Of a stretch of DNA of 64,000 nt, positions 56,336 to 64,000 are shown piece by piece (the stretch's first letter is position 1; each line of letters starts with the position of its first letter). Where the stretch lies: NCBI GenBank assembly GCA_000004695.1, contig CM000151.3, forward strand, positions 5,600,001-5,664,000. Reading direction: 5' to 3'. This DNA is from Dictyostelium discoideum. Lineage: Eukaryota. The translations under genes were made by a program, and so were the position numbers. The notes under the pieces are model-generated. The model was given only the letters and a program-made list of their open reading frames with translations, was not told the DNA's origin and made no database searches.

Positions 56336-56375
56336 GAATAAATACCATTTAAACCAATTAACTTTGGTACAATCA
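55917..56375 (-). CDS. Small, about 110-aa, Ser/Pro/Lys-rich protein with a single C2H2-like zinc-finger motif. Tentative two-exon model on the minus strand: 56375..56345, 56218..55917.
   Basis: ORF 55917..56102 (…YILCRGCKMCEKRFQHYMTIKKH…) is open upstream to an AG acceptor near 56219. A possible first exon (MIVPKLIGLN + GTATTT donor) lies upstream. The model is weak and based only on manual indexing. Confidence 0.35.
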
Positions 56376-57818
56376 TTTTATTTATGTTGAAATTTTAATT
56401 ATATTACAAAAAATTTTTTTTTTTTAATTAATAAAAAAAAAAAAAAAAAAATGTTGAGAAAATTAGATATATAAATATAAAAAAAAAACTAAAAATAGGT
56501 TAAGAAATTTTAAAAACAAAAAGTTTCTATTTATAAATATTTGTTATTTTTATAATGAGGTGAGTTTTCAATGTGTTATAAGAAAAAGGTTCTTTTTTAT
56601 TTTTTTTAAATATGAAAAATATTATGAAAAAAAAAAAAAATTAATTTATTAAAAAAAAAAAAAAAGAAAAAAAAAAACAATTATTTATTTAATAAAAAAA
56701 TAAATTGTTATTGTTATCATTTGTAAACAAGTAAAATTTCGAATTTGTGTTGTTATCATTAAGTGGTTTGTGTGTTAAAAGTGTGGTGCGTGTGTGTAGA
56801 ATTAATTTAAATTTTTTTTTTTTTTTTTTTCAAGTGAGAAACGCGTTTGTTGGGGGGTGTGGAAATCAGAAATTTACAAATAAATTGTAGATTATTAATA
56901 GAAATTTTTTTTTTTTTTTACAAAACACACTTTGCATTATAATTTATGATTTTGATCAGAAAATCTTGTTTTAAAATGTTTTATTAATTTTTTTAAAGTT
57001 TGGATTTAAAATATTAATAATAAAAAAAAAAGAAAAACAATTTTTTTTTAAAATAATTAAAATAATTATATGAAAATTTTTTATAAAACTTTGAGATTTA
57101 TTCAATAATTGAGGGCAAAAGGTTTTTTATAATATCTCGTTTTTAATTAAAAAAAAAAAAAACATAGATTAATATTAACTTTAATTAATAATTATTTTAA
57201 TTTTAAATTTAATTTTAAAATAATTAATTTAAAAAATATATAAGGAAATTGAAATCATACCTCAAATTTTGTGAAAAAAAAAAAAAATTTAAAAGAATAA
57301 TCGATTGTATCTATAGATTTTAAGAGTGATTAAAACTATAATAAAAGAATTCGAATTACTGGATTTTTTTTTTTTTTTTTTTTCAAAAAATTTAAAAAAA
57401 AAGATATCTACCAAATAATAGTCTCGATTATAATAATAAAATAAATATAAAAAAATAAGTTATGTTGTAGTTTATTTATTATAAAAAAAAAAAAAAACTG
57501 TTTACTTTTTAATGATATTTTATTTTGTAAATTATATTTGTAAAATAGTTTTTGTAGTTTCGGTCCGAAAATATCTCAGTTTCAAGTATGGATTGAATTT
57601 ATTCGACATCTCAAATATATAAAAATAAAAGAAAAATTGATATTAAATTTAATATTTAATATTAAAAAATAAAAGAAAAATTGATATTAAATTTAAATTT
57701 TAAATTTTATAGATTATCAAAGGATCTTTATAAATCCTTATTTAATCATAGTTTTACTTTATTTTCTAATTTTTTTTTTTTTTGTTTTTTTTTATGTAAT
57801 TATTATATATATATATAT

Positions 57819-57858
<40 letters not shown>

Positions 57859-57919
57859 TTTTTTAATTATTATTTTTTAATTTAAATCTAAATAAAATTA
57901 TTATTATTTTTTACTACTA

Positions 57920-59177
57920 TTATACAATTGAAGATTCAGGATTTGAACTTACTGAAGCTGATAATGGTGAAGGATTTTCAAAATGATTTGAAGATGTTGT
58001 AGTTGAAGAGGAAGGTGAGAAAAATAATTTATGTTCATATTTACTTCTAATATATTTATCTCTTTCTTCCATTGTTGAGTCAGGAGTCAGTTTTTTAAAT
58101 TGTGGAGGTATATTATATTCATAGAGTTGATTTACTTTATCATTACCGCCGGTATCTCTAAAGAATTGAATCATATTTCTATCCCAAATATCCATTGTTA
58201 CAGAACGTACCTTTGAAAGATGAACACCTAAATTACGATGAACACCACTACAATTGATACAAATGAAAACACCCAAATTAATTGATGCCCACAATGGTGA
58301 TGGACAACCACAATCTGAGCAATATTTATTATCCTCTTGTTCCAATAGTTTGTTTAGTGATTCTTTATTTTCATCCAACATTTTTTGAACACCATCTTCA
58401 ACATCATCTTCTTTCAATCTCATACTTAAACGATTACTACTATTTACACTGCTACTACTAGTATTGCTATTTGTTCTTGAATGACTACTATGACCACCAC
58501 CACCACTACCACCACTACCACCACCACCAGTTTTATATTTCAAATAAGCTTCCATTGAAATGGATTGAGCAGACTGTATACAAGTTATCCAATTTAACAT
58601 TTGTGAACCAGAAACACAAGAGAAATGTAAAGTTTTATCGGTAGTGAGTACTTGGAATGTATATTTATCGTTTGTGGATTTTACAACCTTTGCAGAGCAG
58701 AATATGATTTGAATTGATTTCTTTGGTTCTTTCTTTGATGTCTCTTGTTGTTCTTGTGATTTATAGATGGAAATTGATTCTTGATTTAAAACCACCCATC
58801 TTTGTTTCCATTTACTAATTAATTTACCACCTTGAACTCCAAGATATCCTTTCTTAAATCCATTCATTTCATCATCTGCACTACTACTATCGAATGTTGA
58901 TGAACTTGGTGAACCTGGTGCTAATGAACCATTGATTTTATTTGGTGTTAACATTTTATTTACTGAAGGTGAACCACCATTACTACCAACCTTTTTATGT
59001 GTTGGTACAAATCCACTATGCGATTTCTCTGTAGTTGTTGTAGTTGTTGTAGTTGTTTCTCTTGGTGATCCTGGTGATACTGTTGATAATGGTGGTAAAC
59101 TATATCTTTGATTTGATTTTTTAATTTTCTATTATTAAAAATAAATAAATAAATAAATAAAATTATTAATATAAATA

Positions 59178-59235
<58 letters not shown>

Positions 59236-59691
59236 TTTAGTTATAACTATATTACAACATACATTAACTTGTGGTGACAATGAAGATGTATTTGAACTAT
59301 TTAATGAACGTAAAAAGAAGATAACACCACGTAATGATACGATCCAAGCGAAATATTCAAATTCTTCAAATGGTGGAGTTGATAAATAACGTGTTACAAT
59401 TGGACCATTTTCATTGTATTGACCATTTCCAAATACCAATGTTGCTGTTAATTGGAAACAATTATCTTTAATCTCTTTTTCTTTAACTTGACCTTTGTCC
59501 AATGATAAAACTTCAATCTCTATTTCATCTTTATTACTCTCATAAATGAATAAACAACCCTCTTTTAATACACACCATCTTTGATTCCAATTATCTCCTC
59601 CAATCGTTGGTGAAATATATTGTGTTGCATCTGATCTTAATATATTTAAAAATCCTCGTTTCTCTGGAACTTCCAATGAAATACCTGGCAT
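57920..59691 (-). CDS. PH-PH-ArfGAP protein (centaurin/ADAP-like ARF GTPase-activating protein). Exon 1 is 59691..59263. Exon 2 ends at 57920, and its start (an acceptor between about 59130 and 59030) is unresolved.
   Basis: Exon 1 has a PH domain (GFLNILRSD...WNQRWCVLKEGCLFIYESNKDEIEIEV...). The downstream ORF has a second PH domain (GFKKGYLGVQGGKLISKWKQRWVVLNQESISIYKS...) and the ArfGAP zinc finger with its Arg finger (CSDCGCPSPLWASINLGVFICINCSGVHRNLGVHLSKVRSVTMDIWD). The donor after ...SPQVN is GTATGT. Confidence 0.75.
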
Positions 59692-60098
59692 TTTTTTTAT
59701 TATTATTATTATTTAATTTTATTATTATTATTAAATAAATATTTTTGTTAATTTTAAAAAAATAAATAAATAAATAAACAAATAAATAAAATAAATAGAA
59801 ATAAATAAATAGAAATACAATCAAACTAAATAATGAATTAAAAAATAAATAAATAAAAAAATTTTAACCTTTTTTTAATAAAAAAAAAAAAAAATATATT
59901 AAAAAAAAAAAATAATAACCATCCAAAAAAATACAATAATAAAAATACAAAAAACATTTTATATTAATTATTCAATGACAATAGTAATTGTTTTTGTTTT
60001 GTGTATTTTTAAGTGTTGGTGTTTATATGTATTTATATTATAAAATACACTACAATACCAAAATGGTGTAAGCATACTATTAAGATAAAGATCTTTTA

Positions 60099-60099
<1 letters not shown>

Positions 60100-60140
<41 letters not shown>
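60100..60140. repeat. (GT)n dinucleotide microsatellite of about 19 units.
   Basis: tgtgtgtg... read directly. Intergenic. Confidence 0.9.
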
Positions 60141-60148
<8 letters not shown>

Positions 60149-60518
60149 GTTTATTTATTTTATAAAAAAAATTAAATAAAAATAAAAACATAATAAAAAT
60201 ATGGACAGTGGGTGTTGCTTATAAATGATATTTAAAAGAAAAAAATATAATTTTTTAAAAAAAAAAAAAAAAACAAATAATGCTATTTTTGATTTATATT
60301 GTTATTGATGATTTATAGTAATCAAGATTGTGTGTTATTTATGTGAATAATTATAAAAACTACCACCATTATTATAATTATGCCTAGCTACTATTACTAT
60401 ATTGAGTGGTGCATATAATATTTTATATAAAACTGGAAATTTATTTTTACATATGTATATATAAATATATATTTGTATTTGTATTTTTATTTGTATTTTT
60501 ATTTGTGTGTATACATAT

Positions 60519-60523
60519 TTAAA

Positions 60524-60580
<57 letters not shown>

Positions 60581-61235
60581 TAATAAAAAAAGTATAATAA
60601 AAATAAAAAATAAAATAAAATAAAATTTTAAAAAACATACCATCATCAGCTGATTCAACAGCCATATTTTTCTTAACAATGACATTCTTTTTTAAATTTT
60701 TAATTGCAAATTGTAAATCATCGGATCTAACAATATGAGATGCTGCGCTATTATTATTTTTTTCTTTTTCTTTTTCTTTTTCTTTTTCTTTTTCTTTTTC
60801 TTTTTCTTTTTCTTTTTCTTTTTCTTTTTCTTTATCTTTTGATTTTGAACCAAATGAAATTGAAGCTCTCTTTTTTTCTTTTGGAATTTCACCACTACTA
60901 TTTATGCTATTATGTACACTTTGTGGTGAATGTGGTGGTGATAAATGTGAACTACCATTGCTACCAGTCGATAAATTTAATATATTATTTCCACTATTTT
61001 TTAATTCTGATGATAAGGATAAAGGATTGAATGAACTACTACTTCCACCACCACCACTACTACTACCACTACCACCACTGTTGCCTAATGATATGGATGG
61101 AGTACCAATACTATTTCTTTTATTTATACTTGCTTTTATATTTTCAAGTAATTCTGATTGTTGTGATTTTTGTTTTCCAATTGTTCCTAATCCATTAACT
61201 GAAAGTGTTGGAGGTTGTGTTGAAGGTGGAGGCAT
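60519..61235 (-). CDS. 5' exon of a Ser/Gly-rich protein with a (Lys-Glu)n repeat. The rest of the gene is not located.
   Basis: ORF MPPPSTQPPTLSVNG... S/G-rich ... KDKEKEKEK(EK)n ... DLQFAIKNLKKNVIVKKNMAVESADDG. It reaches a GTATGT donor near 60640-60650. Beyond that the listed ORF is just read-through into an AT-rich intron. No downstream exon was found convincingly before the next gene. Confidence 0.4.
60741..60838. repeat. (TCTTTT)n hexamer array of about 16 units. It encodes the (Glu-Lys)n repeat on the minus strand.
   Basis: Direct reading. Confidence 0.9.
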
Positions 61236-61247
61236 TATTATATATAT

Positions 61248-61289
<42 letters not shown>

Positions 61290-61844
61290 TATTGTAATAA
61301 TAAATTTCTTGAGAAGTGTGCTATTACTTTGTAGTTTGTTTTAACTATTTTTAGAATTGGTTTTTGGTTTTTTTTTTTTTTTCTTTTATATTCTTATTAT
61401 ATTTTTATTTAATATCCTCTATAAATATATTTATATGTACTATAATATACAAAAACTATTAAATATTTATTTTTTTTTATCTGTTAATTTTATCTGGTAA
61501 TAAAATAAATTTTTAAGAGTGTGGGGTGGTGGGAAATTATTTTTTTATTATTATTATTATTATTATTACTATTGTTTTTTTATTTTTCTCTATAGAAATG
61601 TCTAAAATATATTAATAATAAAAAAATAATAGTTAGTTTTTTTCTTTTTTTAATTGTTTTTTTTTTTTTTCTTATTTTTATTATTATTATTATTTTTATT
61701 ATTATTTTTTTTTTTTTCAGGTCTGTCGAGTTTCTGGTGTGAATATGTGTGAATGAATGAATGAATGTACATGTATGCAATATGTGTACACACTAACTTA
61801 AAATCAAAAAATAAGTATGTATGTTTTTTTTTTTTTGAGATAAT

Positions 61845-61899
<55 letters not shown>

Positions 61900-62490
61900 A
61901 TACAATACCAATAATATATTTTAAGATAAATAATTTAATAATGAAAATTATAATTTCACAAAATGAAATAAAAACATAAAAAAATAATAATAATAATAAT
62001 AGTAATATTAATATAAAAAAAATAAAAATAAAAAAATAAATAAAATAATAAATATTAAAAAAGGGGGAGACAGAGAGCGAGTGGAAAGTGTGAACCAAAT
62101 AATGTATACAATTGTTTGTACAATTAGATAATAATAATATTGGTGTTATTTTTTTTAAATTATTATTTTTTAATTTTTTTTTTTTTTTTTTTGGGATTGT
62201 TTTATTTTCAAAAAGATAGAGTATATGCACAAAAAAAAAAAAAAAACTGAATTTTTAAATTGATGTTGGTATTCTGATTTATCAATAAGGTGATTGATGA
62301 TAATAATAAATATGATTTACTGTTACTACTACACTTATGCTAATATTATTATTATTTTTATTATTATTTTTATTTTTACTAATTTTACCACTTTCAAAGA
62401 AATAAATATTTTATATTTTTTGAATTTTATATTTTAAAATTTTAAATATTTTATAATTATTGAAACAATAGTAATAATTTTATAATAATA

Positions 62491-62493
62491 AAA

Positions 62494-62562
<69 letters not shown>

Positions 62563-62620
62563 GATTTTATTATTATTGATTTTATTATTGATTTTATTAT
62601 TGATTTTATTATTTGCGAGA
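62491..62620. repeat. (ATT)n of about 27 units followed by 4 copies of a TTGATTTTATTA-like 12-mer.
   Basis: Direct reading. Intergenic. Confidence 0.85.
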
Positions 62621-64000
62621 TAAATTTAAATTTTAAATAAGAAAAAAAAAATAAAAAATAAAAAATAAAAACTCTATCTATTATAATAATAATTAAAAGA
62701 ATAATTATATTGTTTTCTTTACTTTTTTTTTTTTTATATGTTGCTTTTATTTTTATTTATTTCTTTACTTCCACTTTCTTTGTCTAATATTATTATAAAG
62801 AAATTAAAAATTTTTTGTTTTTTTTGTTTTTTTGTTTTTTTTTTTTCCTCCCACTATCATTATTTAATTAAATTAAATGAATTGAATTGAATTGAATTTA
62901 GTAGTGGTGGGGGGTGGTGAGTTAGTGTTAAGTGGGGGGTTGTAATAGTGGTGGTTGTAATGGTAGTGTGGTAGATAATAAAAATATAATAACAACAACA
63001 ATGATGATGATTTTCATCATCAACTATATTAAAATTTAATTTCCAAAAAAAAAAAAAAAAATTAAAAAAAAAAAAAAAAAAAAAAAAGAGATAGCTTTGT
63101 TAAAATTATTATTTTATTATTAAAATAATAATAATAATAAAAATACTTTAAAAAACTAAAAAACTAAAAAAAGAAAAAAAAAAAAAAAAAAAAAAAAAAC
63201 ACACACTTCCATTTGTCTTGAATCTGTGAATGTATGTTTTTAGTTGTGTTGTGCTATGTGTTTTGTAAACTATCGTTCTAAAAGTTATAGCTGGGGGTTT
63301 TTATTATTTGTGTGGTCAATTATTATTATCTTTTTTTTTTTTTTTTTCTAACTTGTTAAATCTGTGTTTTTTTGGTTTTTTTTTATTTTTTTTTATCAAT
63401 TTACCGAATGTGGTTATAAAAAAAAGTTTATATGCATTATATATATATATATATACAAATTATTTTTTGTATGGTGTATTTGAAATGTTGTTATTTCGCT
63501 TTTTTTTTTTCTTTGGTGGTTTGGGAGAGAGAGAAAAAAAAAAAAAAAAAATTTGTTGTTGTTATTGATGAGAGAGTGAATGAAACAATTTGTGGTGTGT
63601 TTGTTATAATTACAATATTAGTATGCACTTGATTTTGAAACTACAAAATATAGGTGTATATTTGTAATCTAATTATTTGTATATTTGCTTAATTATTGTT
63701 ATTTTTATATTACTATTTTTTTTTTTTTTTTTTTATTGTACATTGAACATAGTGAGCTTTTATTATTATTATTTTTGTTTTGTTTTTTTTTTTTTTTATT
63801 TTTAATTTTTTTATTTTTAATTTTTTTATTTTTAATAATTATTTTTTGTATTTTTTTCTCAAACTTTTTTTTTAATGGTGAATTATATAAAACATTATGT
63901 GATTTATTACTGTGATATGTGGGTTTGAAAATAAAAAAAAAAAATAAAAATAAAAAAAATTAAAAATAAAATGAGATTTTGTGGTGATTTTGTGTGTGTT

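Noticed and set aside
60335-62230. ORFs 60335..60685-, 60692..60895-, 60904..61344+, 61580..61780- and 61793..62230-.
   Set aside because: They are low-complexity translations of poly-A/T, (AAT)n and (CTTTTT)n. They encode poly-Leu/Lys/Phe/Ile strings and are not credible genes.

Overview
The window is AT-rich (about 75-80% A+T) eukaryotic nuclear DNA with the hallmarks of Dictyostelium discoideum. These are very short AT-rich GT..AG introns (GTAAGT/GTATGT donors, tTAG acceptors), long poly-A/T intergenic tracts, AAT/CAA triplet expansions that encode poly-Asn/poly-Gln inside proteins, FNIP repeats, and tenascin-type EGF proteins. It is not prokaryotic, so no CRISPR, operon or defence-island logic applies.

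I can support about 21 protein-coding genes, most with 1-4 small introns:
- a long-tailed class I myosin with a C-terminal SH3 domain
- a Myf/EMAP-II-type tRNA-binding protein
- a rhomboid protease
- the queuine tRNA-ribosyltransferase catalytic subunit
- an SLC35F/EamA-like transporter
- a GT-A glycosyltransferase resembling the cytoplasmic Skp1 GlcNAc-transferase Gnt1
- a UBIAD1/MenA-type prenyltransferase that carries an apparent internal frameshift
- a ubiquitin-like protein
- a short-chain dehydrogenase/reductase (SDR)
- an EGF/IPT-TIG type I membrane glycoprotein
- an FNIP-repeat protein kinase
- midasin, about 18.2 kb on the minus strand, dominated by one 13.8 kb exon
- a Rad6/UBC2-type ubiquitin E2
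- a PH-PH-ArfGAP protein
- several orphan or low-complexity proteins, including a GIY-YIG-motif protein and an 844-aa orphan.

I found no tRNA or rRNA gene, no recognisable transposon, and no obvious novel multi-gene system. The points most worth a second look are the GIY-YIG-like protein with a hydrophobic N-terminus and a near-perfect internal tandem repeat, the frameshifted UBIAD1-like gene, an in-frame stop inside the 5' end of midasin, and G/T-rich islands in the AT desert at the 3' end of the window. Splice-site coordinates were derived by hand and anchored to the ORF track where possible. Treat them as approximate, within a few nt, unless stated otherwise.
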